18,774 bases of DNA from Coleofasciculus chthonoplastes F2-STO-03 (lineage in GTDB: Bacteria; Cyanobacteriota; Cyanobacteriia; Cyanobacteriales; Coleofasciculaceae), in contig JAVJWO010000058.1 of the NCBI GenBank assembly GCA_040222015.1, positions 1 to 18,774 on the forward strand. Direction: 5' to 3'. Positions 8,492-17,347 of this stretch are shown here, in pieces. Numbering within the stretch: the first letter of the stretch is position 1; each line of letters begins with the position of its first letter. The translations under genes and the position numbers were made by a program. A model generated the notes under the pieces. The model was not told the origin of the DNA. It saw nothing but the letters and a program-made list of their open reading frames with translations, and made no database searches.

Positions 8492-9877
8492 ATGCAGTCG
8501 TTGATCACGCACAGTTTGACTGCCCCACTTTTCATGCCTCATGGCAACTGCTACCTGTGGAAGCCCGGTTTAGTCTGGCTACATCTCCTATCCGACGGGT
8601 TCATTGCCCTAGCTTATGCTTCAATTCCCCTAACCTTAATCTATTTTGTTTACCAGCGACGGAATTTGCCGTTTTCCCGTGTCTTTCTCATGTTTGCCGC
8701 CTTTATCGTTGCCTGCGGTATGACCCATACTATGGCAATTTGGACGATTTGGCATCCCGATTATTGGCTATCTGGATTAATCAAAGCAATCACAGCGTTA
8801 ATTTCCGTTTATACTGCCCTAGAATTAATCCCATTAATGCCCAAAGCCTTTGATGTTGCCAGTGCGGTGGAACTCGAAGCCGCCAACCAGCGTTTAGAAG
8901 CCGAAATTCAGGAACATCAACAAACCGAAGTTGCCCTCAGGCGATCGCAGGATGAAATTCAGCAAAAAGCCACCCTTTTAGAACAGGCGTTGCGTGACTT
9001 AAAACACGCCCAAGCCCAATTAGTGCATACGGAGAAAATGTCGAGTTTGGGACAAATCGTCGCCGGGTTAGCCCATGAAATTAATAATCCAGTTAATTTT
9101 ATTTTCGGGAATCTGGTGCATGCCAAAAATTATGCTCAAGATTTACTGAAGTTAATTTCCCTCTACAATAAGCACTATCCCCAACCCGCCCCGGAAATTC
9201 AAACGACGGCGGAACAGATGGATTTAGCATTTCTGCGAGACGACTTACCTAACCTACTCGAATCAATGGAAGTGGGAACCAAGCGGATTCGTCAGATTGT
9301 GCTGTCGTTGCGTAACTTTGCCCGGATGGATCAAGCGGAAGTAAAGGCGGTAGATTTGCATGAAGGTTTAGAAGATACGTTGCTGATTCTGCAAAATCAA
9401 CTCAAAGCAAAACCGGGATATGCGGAAATTCAAATTGTTAAAGAGTATGGAGACTTACCCAAAGTAGAATGCTACGTGGGACAACTCAATCAGGTGTTTA
9501 TGAACCTATTGAGTAACGCGATCGATGCGTTAGAGGAATTAAGAACAACCGATAATGGAAAAAATCATCCCACTATTCGGATTCGTACCGAAGCGATCGA
9601 ACCTAACCAAGTTGCGATCCGAATTATCGATAATGGTCCAGGAATGACTGAGAAAACTCAGCGTCAACTCTTTGACCCTTTCTTTACCACCAAACCTGTA
9701 GGTAAAGGAACCGGATTAGGACTATCCATTAGCTATCAAATCGTCGTTGATAGACATCAGGGTCAGCTGAACTGTCGATCCGCACCAGGACAAGGCGCAG
9801 AATTCGCGATCAAGATTCCGATTCAGCAGCACCAACAGCAACCTGAACCCAAACCAGAGGTTAGCTTGACGGCTTAA
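8492..9877 (+). CDS. Membrane sensor histidine kinase with an N-terminal ETR1-like ethylene-binding (3-TM) domain
   Basis: SDGFIALAYASIP...FAAFIVACGMTH matches the ETR1 ethylene-binding motifs. A coiled coil follows, then H-box AHEINNP, N-box QVFMNLLSNAIDA, G1 DNGPG, F-box FDPFFTTK and G2 GTGLGL. A Shine-Dalgarno-like AAGGAG lies upstream. Confidence 0.9.
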   Translation: MQSLITHSLTAPLFMPHGNCYLWKPGLVWLHLLSDGFIALAYASIPLTLIYFVYQRRNLPFSRVFLMFAAFIVACGMTHTMAIWTIWHPDYWLSGLIKAITALISVYTALELIPLMPKAFDVASAVELEAANQRLEAEIQEHQQTEVALRRSQDEIQQKATLLEQALRDLKHAQAQLVHTEKMSSLGQIVAGLAHEINNPVNFIFGNLVHAKNYAQDLLKLISLYNKHYPQPAPEIQTTAEQMDLAFLRDDLPNLLESMEVGTKRIRQIVLSLRNFARMDQAEVKAVDLHEGLEDTLLILQNQLKAKPGYAEIQIVKEYGDLPKVECYVGQLNQVFMNLLSNAIDALEELRTTDNGKNHPTIRIRTEAIEPNQVAIRIIDNGPGMTEKTQRQLFDPFFTTKPVGKGTGLGLSISYQIVVDRHQGQLNCRSAPGQGAEFAIKIPIQQHQQQPEPKPEVSLTA

Positions 9878-10039
9878 GGAGGGTGTAGGCTGTGGCGTGT
9901 AGGGGTATGCAAATTAAAGGTGTGATTGAGAGGAATATCCCCCCTGTATAGGACGGAATTCACGACCTGTATTGTTCAGGGAACCTGCTACAGTCAGAAT
10001 GAAAAGTTAGTTTCCCTTGAGGGGAAGGAGGACTGTCGC

Positions 10040-10378
10040 ATGACGTATGATAGCGACAAACGCAAGCTTTTATCTGCCCTCTGTCATGGATCAATTTTTA
10101 TTAGTGCGGCGTTGGTATCTATCGGTATTCCGATTGCCGTTTTGTTAGTGTCTGATGACCCAGTGGTCAAAGAAAACGCGACAGAATCGCTGAATTTTCA
10201 CCTTAACCTTTGGCTCTACGGATTAATCTTTGGCATCTTGACGATTGTGCTTATTGGTTGGCCCCTACTGGGTCTTTTGGGTATCGTGAATGTCGTTATG
10301 CCCATTATCGGGATTGTGAAAGTGTTGAATAATCCTGAGCAGTCTTTCCGCTATCCCTTTATCTTCCGTGTTCTATAA
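10040..10378 (+). CDS. DUF4870 family small membrane protein
   Basis: LSALCH, KENATESLNFHL and FRYPFIFR with three hydrophobic segments. AAGGAGGA precedes the ATG at 10040, which is preferred over the TTG at 9926. Confidence 0.85.
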   Translation: MTYDSDKRKLLSALCHGSIFISAALVSIGIPIAVLLVSDDPVVKENATESLNFHLNLWLYGLIFGILTIVLIGWPLLGLLGIVNVVMPIIGIVKVLNNPEQSFRYPFIFRVL

Positions 10379-10409
10379 TTTCCGCTTCATTTAGTTTACA
10401 CGCATTCGG

Positions 10410-10440
10410 ACTCCATCTAAGTTAAAAGGTGGAGTTTTTT
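10410..10440 (+). terminator. Probable intrinsic terminator
   Basis: Stem ACTCCATCT/AGGTGGAGT followed by a T run, just downstream of the DUF4870 gene. Confidence 0.65.
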
Positions 10441-10454
10441 AAATTTTGAGTGTG

Positions 10455-10582
10455 TAAGCTGTCATGCATTTAAATTGCGTATTAGTAGCGAGCAAGATGC
10501 AAAGCCTGCGGCATGGCTTCGCTTAACGCACTACAAGGATTTCGTCATTGTTGACATTAAGGTTTGAATGCCGAACAGCTTA
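10455..10582. mobile_element. MITE-like element, copy 2 (128 bp), carrying a 26-nt insert at 10501-10526
   Basis: Ends are TAAGCTGTcatGCATTTAAA ... TTTGAATGCcgaACAGCTTA. Colinear with 187-290 apart from the insert. Confidence 0.75.
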
Positions 10583-10667
10583 AGGGCGGGTTATTGTTCT
10601 CTCCCGGAAAGGCGATTCATTCTGACGCACAGTGCGATCGCCAATTTTCTTAAGCATGGTATTACAT

Positions 10668-11315
10668 TTAACGCTGCACGATACTTTTGAGGAGCTTGAG
10701 AATTGTTTCTGCTTCTAGTTTTTCAACGTATTCGCGAGAGGATTCAGTTTTAAGAACGGGGCGATCGCTGGTAATCTCTGAAACCTCTGCCCTGATAAAC
10801 TTCCAAGTATCGCCAATCGTGTAGCAACCAAACAGTTCCTGGCGATCGTTACCATTAAGTTGCCAATTTAAATGGGCAGCTGCCAAGAGTTGACCGTAAA
10901 GCTGATAAACAGGGTTTTGGGCATCAAGACCTTTTTTGGCTTCTAAAACAACAAGATAAGGCGCTTCAATTCGACCGATCGCACTTTTGCCCAGTACACC
11001 ATCCACGACACCTTCTAACTCAAAGGTTTTGTATTGTGCTTTGAGCGTTACCTCTGCCCAAGCTTCGATATTATTTTGTTCAGCTAGGATCAGCAATGGA
11101 AAAATTGCCTTGCCCCAGACTGTTGCTTCATTCATCAGGGTTGTGTCATGGTTGAGTAAATAGGCACTTACCTCTGTGACTCGCTGCTGTTCATGCTCGG
11201 TTAGGACAATAGAATCAGTTTGGTTCCATTCATAGTTACCGATGAATCCTTCATGGAGGTGAATGAAGGACTTTAGATCGTCTAGAGAGATAGCGGCAAA
11301 GGTAAACTTAGGCAT
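10668..11315 (-). CDS. Conserved hypothetical protein, probable PD-(D/E)XK restriction-endonuclease-like fold
   Basis: 215-aa ORF with the pattern GVVDGVL...VVLEAKK...QLYGQL...GCYTIGDTWKF. Confidence 0.7.
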   Translation of the reverse strand: MPKFTFAAISLDDLKSFIHLHEGFIGNYEWNQTDSIVLTEHEQQRVTEVSAYLLNHDTTLMNEATVWGKAIFPLLILAEQNNIEAWAEVTLKAQYKTFELEGVVDGVLGKSAIGRIEAPYLVVLEAKKGLDAQNPVYQLYGQLLAAAHLNWQLNGNDRQELFGCYTIGDTWKFIRAEVSEITSDRPVLKTESSREYVEKLEAETILKLLKSIVQR

Positions 11316-11347
11316 GGCAATGAGATAACTCGATAGATAAAAACATA

Positions 11348-11439
11348 CAAAATAGCGAGCGAGACGCTCAAAATAGCGAGCGAGACGCTCAAAATAGCGA
11401 GCGAGACGCTCAAAATAGCGAGCGAGACGCTCGCACTAC
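11348..11439. repeat. Four perfect 21-bp tandem copies (CAAAATAGCGAGCGAGACGCT) ending in a complete REP-like hairpin TAGCGAGCGAGACGCTCGCACTAC
   Basis: Units start at 11348, 11369, 11390 and 11411, followed by CGCACTAC. Confidence 0.95.
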
Positions 11440-11501
11440 TACAACCGTTCCCTGTTAAGAGTTCCCTATCCTCACCACAATCCTTATTCAGCAACCTCTA
11501 A

Positions 11502-12485
11502 TTACCCTAAACCCAACTCACGTTTGAGTAAATTAATCGATTTTGTCCCAATATAATTTTCACTGCAAACCAGCTTAGGCGGACGGATCAGATCATCCCT
11601 GGCGTCTAGAATTGCCCGTTTAACGGTATCATAACTGGCTTGATCGCTAATAATTGTTCGCGCACTACGAACTAAAGCATTCAGTTTATATTTATCACTA
11701 ACCTGAGCGGTAATCAAGAGTAAATCATCTCCACGCAAACTGTGGATAATCACATCTACAATCCGTAAAATACCCCCACTGAGACTTACACAACCCAGAC
11801 AACTGTCTTTGGGAAGACTTTTAACAATTTCGATTTCTTGTCCATAGTCGTGGATATCCACAGGAATCACCCGTACAGATTTCGGTGCGGCGATCGCTTC
11901 GGCTTTTTGGATAAAATAACGGCTGGTGACGACTGTTCCGGAATTGGTGCGTTTTAGGGTTTGTTCTAATTCTTCTAAGGGGACTAACTGAACGGGAATT
12001 CCCAGGGCGGATTCTAATTCCTGCACCATTAACTCCCCAGCGCCCATGTCTCGTGACTCTACGGTAACCAGCACTCTAGCACTACAGCGCAACCGCCAGT
12101 CAATTTCGGCTAAAAAGAGTTCGCGGGCTTCATTGAGGGAACACCCTTGAGAAAGTAATTCGTCTAGACTCTGCTGAACAATACCAGATGCTTGTGGATA
12201 TTGCTGGAGAATCGGAGATTGACGTTGAGTTCCACCTTCATGACCCTGGGCTTTCACATAAATCCCTGATCCGGCCATGGATTCAACCAGTCCTGTTTCT
12301 TCTAACTGGCGGTACACTTTACTAATTGTATTCCGATGCAACCCGGTCTCCATCGCTAACTGACGGGTACTGGGCAATTTATGTCCCGGCGGATATTGGC
12401 GAGAGGCGATCGCAAACTGAATTTGGTCGAATAGCTGCTTTGAAGCAGGGATTTCGCTATCGGGCTGGATCTGATGCTGAACCAT
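11502..12485 (-). CDS. plmA: Cyanobacterial GntR-family regulator PlmA
   Basis: GntR wHTH (QLFDQIQFAIASRQYPPGHKLPSTRQLAMETGLHRNTISKVYRQL) with the PlmA-type C-terminus ...SINLLKRELGL. The ATG at 12485 gives about 327 aa. Confidence 0.88.
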   Translation of the reverse strand: MVQHQIQPDSEIPASKQLFDQIQFAIASRQYPPGHKLPSTRQLAMETGLHRNTISKVYRQLEETGLVESMAGSGIYVKAQGHEGGTQRQSPILQQYPQASGIVQQSLDELLSQGCSLNEARELFLAEIDWRLRCSARVLVTVESRDMGAGELMVQELESALGIPVQLVPLEELEQTLKRTNSGTVVTSRYFIQKAEAIAAPKSVRVIPVDIHDYGQEIEIVKSLPKDSCLGCVSLSGGILRIVDVIIHSLRGDDLLLITAQVSDKYKLNALVRSARTIISDQASYDTVKRAILDARDDLIRPPKLVCSENYIGTKSINLLKRELGLG

Positions 12486-13097
12486 TATAAAGTCTCCCAA
12501 GCACTTGCTCTTCAATAGACACAAGAGTATAACGTACAGTTGAAGATCGGATGGTGGGTGGCTGACCCTCTAGTCCTGACCTAGGCATTTCTCTAAGCAT
12601 GTATCATAGCTAAACTTTAAAACAAGTGGGATTTTCTTAATCTGATGTATCATTTGGCGGTCTATACCAGAATACCCTCTTGACTAAGCTCGTGTGTATT
12701 TAAATTGCATATCCTGAGCAAAAACAAAACAGGTAATCTGTTAAGTAGGTGGACACAATTAAAGTTAACGGTGCAGATTGTCATTCGTCCTTTGTCAGGG
12801 TTTAATCAGATGACAAATTTCAACAGAGTTTTTTGGTTTAAATCAGCAGATTGACAACTAAAATTCTATTCAGGTTTGTCCAAATCATTAGAGGGTCGGC
12901 TCACCCCCAGAAATAGACAATAAATCCTTGAAAAATAATAAGTAAACCAATAGAATTATAATAATCCGTAAATGATTTGCTGAATTGGGGGGACGTGAGC
13001 GTTACAATTAAGCAGAAGTTTGACCGTTGACCAGAAGGTCAAAAGCCATAGCAGCGAGGACTGCGATAGATCGACGAACATAGCGTGAACCTGAATT

Positions 13098-13838
13098 ATG
13101 ACGGCTAGAGAAATCAAAAGCGATTGGGTTAAGATTACAAACGGCTCTCTACAAATAGACGCTTATTTGGTGATGCCCGTGGGAGAGGAGTCTTTACCAG
13201 GGGTGGTCGTGTTGCAGGAAATTTTTGGGGTGAATGACCATATCCGAGATGTGACTCAGCGGATTGCCCAAGAGGGATACGTCGCGATCGCACCCGCCCT
13301 CTATCAACGCCAATCCCCCGGTTTTGAAACGGGATACACAGAAGCTGACCTGAAAATCGGCAAGGAGTATAAGGCGCAAACTAAGGCGGAGGAACTGCTG
13401 GGTGACATCCAAGCGGCGATTGACTACTTACGGGGGCAAACACCCGTTAAATCAAATGCGATCGGCTGTATCGGCTTCTGTTTTGGGGGTCATGTCGCCT
13501 ATTTAGCGGCAACCTTACCCGACATTAAAGCCACAGCCTCCTTCTATGGTGCAGGAATTGCCACGATGACGCCAGGAGGAGATGAACCAACGATTACCCG
13601 CACCCAGGATATTACCGGAACCATCCATCTCTTCTTGGGTTTAGACGATGCTAGCATCCCGGCTGAACAAGTTAACCAGATTGAAGCTGAACTGAAAAAG
13701 CAGCAAATTTATCACCAGATATTTCGCTATGAGGGCGCTGATCATGGATTTTTCTGTGATCAACGTGCCAGCTATAACCCACAAGCGGCAAAAGATGCTT
13801 GGGAAAAAGTGAAGATGCTATTTCAGCAGGAACTGTAG
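13098..13838 (+). CDS. Dienelactone hydrolase family protein
   Basis: VLQEIFGVN, nucleophile motif GFCFGG and catalytic His in ADHGFFCD. Confidence 0.95.
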   Translation: MTAREIKSDWVKITNGSLQIDAYLVMPVGEESLPGVVVLQEIFGVNDHIRDVTQRIAQEGYVAIAPALYQRQSPGFETGYTEADLKIGKEYKAQTKAEELLGDIQAAIDYLRGQTPVKSNAIGCIGFCFGGHVAYLAATLPDIKATASFYGAGIATMTPGGDEPTITRTQDITGTIHLFLGLDDASIPAEQVNQIEAELKKQQIYHQIFRYEGADHGFFCDQRASYNPQAAKDAWEKVKMLFQQEL

Positions 13839-13922
13839 TTATTCATCATCGATTATTTGTCATCAATAATCCCCAGTGGCAAATGATAAATGATACATCG
13901 ATTTTTTCAACACTTAATACTC

Positions 13923-14822
13923 ATGACTTCAGAATCAACCCGTTCTCAAACCAGCAAAACTGCCTTTTCCATGGAAGATTTTGCTAAAGCCCTAGAAGAG
14001 TATGACTACGAATTTAGCCAAGGGCAGGTGGTGCGAGGCAAAGTGCATAGCTACGACGTAGATGGCGTTTATGTCGATATTGGCGGGAAATCCCTGGCGT
14101 ATGTTCCGGGAGGGGAAGTGTCAGTGGCACCCGTAGAAGATTGGTCAGAGGTGCTGCCTTTGCAGGAAGAGTTGGAGTTTCTGATTATTCGGGAACAGAA
14201 TGCTGAAGGTCAGATCACTCTATCACGGCGTCAGTTGGAAATCAATAAGATTTGGGATCAACTGGTGCAAATACAAGACAGTGGCAAGTCGCTACAGGTG
14301 CAGGTGACTGGCGTGAATAAAGGCGGTGTGACTGTAGATTGGCAGGGATTGCGAGGATTTATTCCGCGATCGCACCTGAATCAACGGGGGAACTTAGAGT
14401 CGTTGATTGGTCAAAGTTTAACCGTAAGCATCCTGGAAGCCGATCGCGATCGCAGCAAGTTAGTCTTTTCCCAACGGGAAGCCACTCGCGCTGCAAGTTT
14501 CTTGATGCTAGAGGTTGGACAGTTAGTAGAAGGTACTGTCTCCAATATCAGACCTTTTGGTGTGTTTGTCGAATTAGAAGGGATTACTGGCTTGTTGCAT
14601 ATCAAGCAAGTCAGCCAAAACATGGTGGAATCATTGACCGATATGTTTGAGGTGGGTAAATCAATTAAAGCGATCGTGATTGACTTAGATGAAGGGACGA
14701 ATCGCGTTTCTCTCTCGACAAAAGTGTTAGAAAACTATCCCGGAGAAATGGTGCATAAAATGGCAGATGTGATGGAAAGTGCTGAGGCACGTTCAGAACG
14801 GGCGAGGGCAAAAATCATCTAA
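13923..14822 (+). CDS. S1 RNA-binding domain protein (cyanobacterial second ribosomal protein S1 homolog, Rps1b-like)
   Basis: Three S1 repeats (GVYVDIGGKS, GLRGFIPRSHL, FGVFVELEGITGLLHIKQVS). The ATG at 13923 is preferred. Confidence 0.9.
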   Translation: MTSESTRSQTSKTAFSMEDFAKALEEYDYEFSQGQVVRGKVHSYDVDGVYVDIGGKSLAYVPGGEVSVAPVEDWSEVLPLQEELEFLIIREQNAEGQITLSRRQLEINKIWDQLVQIQDSGKSLQVQVTGVNKGGVTVDWQGLRGFIPRSHLNQRGNLESLIGQSLTVSILEADRDRSKLVFSQREATRAASFLMLEVGQLVEGTVSNIRPFGVFVELEGITGLLHIKQVSQNMVESLTDMFEVGKSIKAIVIDLDEGTNRVSLSTKVLENYPGEMVHKMADVMESAEARSERARAKII

Positions 14823-14844
14823 TCTGAACCGTTCTCAATTGTGT

Positions 14845-15000
14845 GTAGGGGCGGGTTTCACGATTAGCGTTTATTACCTCATCCAGATGTAACTAAACCT
14901 GCCCTAGCCCAAGTTTGGCTTTTGAACGAACGGAGGGGAGGGCGGGTTTTGTAGTTAAGCTAAGAACAACAATCAAAGTTAGTCCCTAAACCCGCCCCTA
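14845..15000. repeat. Two REP-like palindromes (GTAGGGGCGGGTTT...AAACC(C/T)GCCC)
   Basis: Copies at 14845-14906 and approx. 14940-15000, same family as 2281-2420 and 15792-15853. Confidence 0.8.
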
Positions 15001-15061
15001 TATAATCAAAACGTTGTAGCCGTTTCCTATTTTTTATCTGAAACAGGAGGATCAAAATCCG

Positions 15062-15769
15062 ATGGCGCAAGCAGATGAATCCAGCCGTACTCTTAGCGTA
15101 GATATTGGTGGAAGTGGAATTAAGGCGATCATTTTAGATCAGGGGGGAAATCCAATCACTGAACGCCATCGAGTCACCACACCCCAACCTGCCAAACCGG
15201 ATGCTGTCATTGACGCGATCGCAGAATTAGCCGCCGCCCAAGGAGAGTGCGATCGCGTATCTGTGGGTTTTCCTGGCGTAGTTATGGCTGGAGTCGTGAA
15301 AACGGCGGTGAATTTAGATCCGGCTTGGCAAGGATTTGATCTCGCCACTACCCTGTCTAAAGCCTTGAAAAAGCCGGTGCGGGTGGCTAACGATGCAGAT
15401 ATGCAGGGATTAGCCACAATTCAGGGTAAAGGCGTGGAATTAATGATTACCCTAGGAACAGGATTTGGTTCAGCCTTATTTATCGATGGTAAACTCGTCC
15501 CCAATTTAGAGATGGCGCATCACCCCTTTCGTAACGGAGACACCTACGAAAAACAGTTAGGGCGGGCGGCGTTAGACAAGAAGGGAGAGAAGAAATGGAA
15601 CAATCGTTTACAACGTGCGATCGCGACCCTAGCCGAGTTATTTAATTACGACTATCTTTATATTGGTGGCGGAGAAGCCAAAAAAATTACCTTCGAGTTA
15701 CCAGCGAATGTCAAAATTGTCCCCAATATCAACGGATTATTAGGCGGAATTGCCTTGTGGCGGGATTAA
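15062..15769 (+). CDS. ppgK: ROK family kinase, probable polyphosphate glucokinase
   Basis: Motifs VDIGGSGIK, GFPG, NDAD, LGTGFGSALF, PNLEMAH and IGGG. It lacks the Cys-rich zinc motif of typical ROK glucokinases. Confidence 0.8.
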   Translation: MAQADESSRTLSVDIGGSGIKAIILDQGGNPITERHRVTTPQPAKPDAVIDAIAELAAAQGECDRVSVGFPGVVMAGVVKTAVNLDPAWQGFDLATTLSKALKKPVRVANDADMQGLATIQGKGVELMITLGTGFGSALFIDGKLVPNLEMAHHPFRNGDTYEKQLGRAALDKKGEKKWNNRLQRAIATLAELFNYDYLYIGGGEAKKITFELPANVKIVPNINGLLGGIALWRD

Positions 15770-15791
15770 TTTTTCCTAATTGTTTACCCAT

Positions 15792-15853
15792 GTAGGGGCG
15801 GGTTTATGGAATTTCATTGCGCTATTGATGATAACATTTGTTCAAACCCGCCC
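15792..15853. repeat. REP-like palindrome GTAGGGGCGGGTTT...AAACCCGCCC
   Basis: Inverted arms around a non-conserved spacer, downstream of the ROK kinase gene. Confidence 0.8.
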
Positions 15854-15958
15854 TGACTGAATAGCGTCGTTTAACCTAATTGTGATCATTTAGCTAGCTT
15901 TTATGTTCTACAATTAACTTTAAGTAGTTCTGAAAGTTTTGTATATTGGGTTAAAATT

Positions 15959-16852
15959 TTGGTTTTCTCATCCGATAGGGCAGATTTTGGTTTTAAAATA
16001 GACTTTGTTAGGGATACAGAAGATCCTCAAAGAGTCTTCCGCGCTTTTTCACAGCTCATAGATTTTTGTCAAATCACAGATAAAATTTTAATCAAAACTC
16101 TTGATATAGATATTGAACCTGATATTCTATTAGACAATATCCAGCAAGGCTCCATTATTGTATGGCTCAAAAACAGTTTTAAAGCAGCTAGTGATAATTT
16201 TTTAGAAAATTTAGACTTAAGGCTAGTTAGCTATTATCTAGTTAATTTCAAAGCTTCGATAATAAATTTTATAAATGAACGAACTACTATAAATGAACCT
16301 TCTGAATTAGAGATTTTAAAAAATAAATTTCAATCTTTGGCAAGAAATACTAAGGTTAACCAACTAGGTATTTATACGCCTCCTAATGATAAAGATTTAT
16401 TGTTAAGCATAGACACATTTCAAGGAGCTTTATCTGAACTTCAAGAAGCTGATAAACTGTATTACCTAACTCCTTCCTCAAACTTGCCCGTTAATCGCAA
16501 TTTTAGTATTTCTCCAGAATCTAGGGAAAATTTATTAGTTGGAGATACTACTACATCTGAAATAGAAATGATTTTGAAAGTTAAAAAACCAGATTATTTA
16601 GGTGACTCTAAATGGCAATTTAAACATGATAATAAATTGATTGAGGCAAAAATGAATGATTTAGAGTGGTTAAAAAGATTTAAAAAAAGAGAAGTATTTA
16701 TAGCACCAGGGGATGCAGTAAAAGCACGAGTAGAGATTGTAACACAATATGACAATAACTGCGAGTTTATATCTACAAAATATACACTCCAGAGAGTGAT
16801 AAAAGTTATACCAATGCCTCCCGATAACCAACTTTCTTTATTTAGAGATTAA
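15959..16852 (+). CDS. Hypothetical protein (AT-rich, 297 aa; TTG start uncertain)
   Basis: Long ORF in AT-rich DNA. No family confidently recognised. Confidence 0.75.
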   Translation: MVFSSDRADFGFKIDFVRDTEDPQRVFRAFSQLIDFCQITDKILIKTLDIDIEPDILLDNIQQGSIIVWLKNSFKAASDNFLENLDLRLVSYYLVNFKASIINFINERTTINEPSELEILKNKFQSLARNTKVNQLGIYTPPNDKDLLLSIDTFQGALSELQEADKLYYLTPSSNLPVNRNFSISPESRENLLVGDTTTSEIEMILKVKKPDYLGDSKWQFKHDNKLIEAKMNDLEWLKRFKKREVFIAPGDAVKARVEIVTQYDNNCEFISTKYTLQRVIKVIPMPPDNQLSLFRD

Positions 16853-16863
16853 AATTTAGGCAA

Positions 16864-17346
16864 TTAAATTTTAATGTTAATCCATTCCATAGCATATTCT
16901 TTAGCAAATATCTTAAGATGACGAATATTTTTTGTGGCTATAAAGACAGCTTGACCAGGATAGGCTTCGCTTAATATACTCCATTGAGCTGAAATAATCA
17001 TATCTGCATCAATATTTTTATCATCTGATGTAGGTATATGATTTTGCCGTGCATCAGCCCAAAAATAGGCAGCTTTTTGCATTATATTCGTATCAAGCGG
17101 TAGAAAGTCAATCAACTCTGTGTCTCTGAATTCATTTAAACGTTTTATTCCCTCACTTTTTATCCGGATCAACTCTCGCCTAACCTCATAATCAGAAATT
17201 TCTGAAGCTAATATAAAAACCCCTTTAGATAAAAGAGAATAGAACCATTCTGTACATTGATATATTTCATTTTCTTTTGCTTCTGACATATCCTGAATCG
17301 GACTAACAAGTAATGCAAGCACTCCGGAGTCTAATAAAACTTTCAC
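16864..17346 (-). CDS. PIN-domain (VapC-like) ribonuclease/toxin
   Basis: VLLDSGVL, ISDYEVRREL, IDADMIISAQ and ATKNIRHL give the PIN acidic pattern. The GTG at 17346 lies 1 nt after the upstream stop codon. Confidence 0.85.
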   Translation of the reverse strand: MKVLLDSGVLALLVSPIQDMSEAKENEIYQCTEWFYSLLSKGVFILASEISDYEVRRELIRIKSEGIKRLNEFRDTELIDFLPLDTNIMQKAAYFWADARQNHIPTSDDKNIDADMIISAQWSILSEAYPGQAVFIATKNIRHLKIFAKEYAMEWINIKI

Positions 17347-17347
17347 C

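Noticed and set aside
9926..10039. N-terminal extension of the DUF4870 ORF
   Set aside because: A strong Shine-Dalgarno sequence precedes the ATG at 10040, and the family-like sequence begins there.
11348..11431. Possible CRISPR array
   Set aside because: The units are contiguous with no spacers, and there are no cas genes.
11282..11494. 70-aa ORF with SVSLAIL repeats
   Set aside because: It is a translation of the 21-bp tandem repeat and overlaps the start of the real downstream gene.
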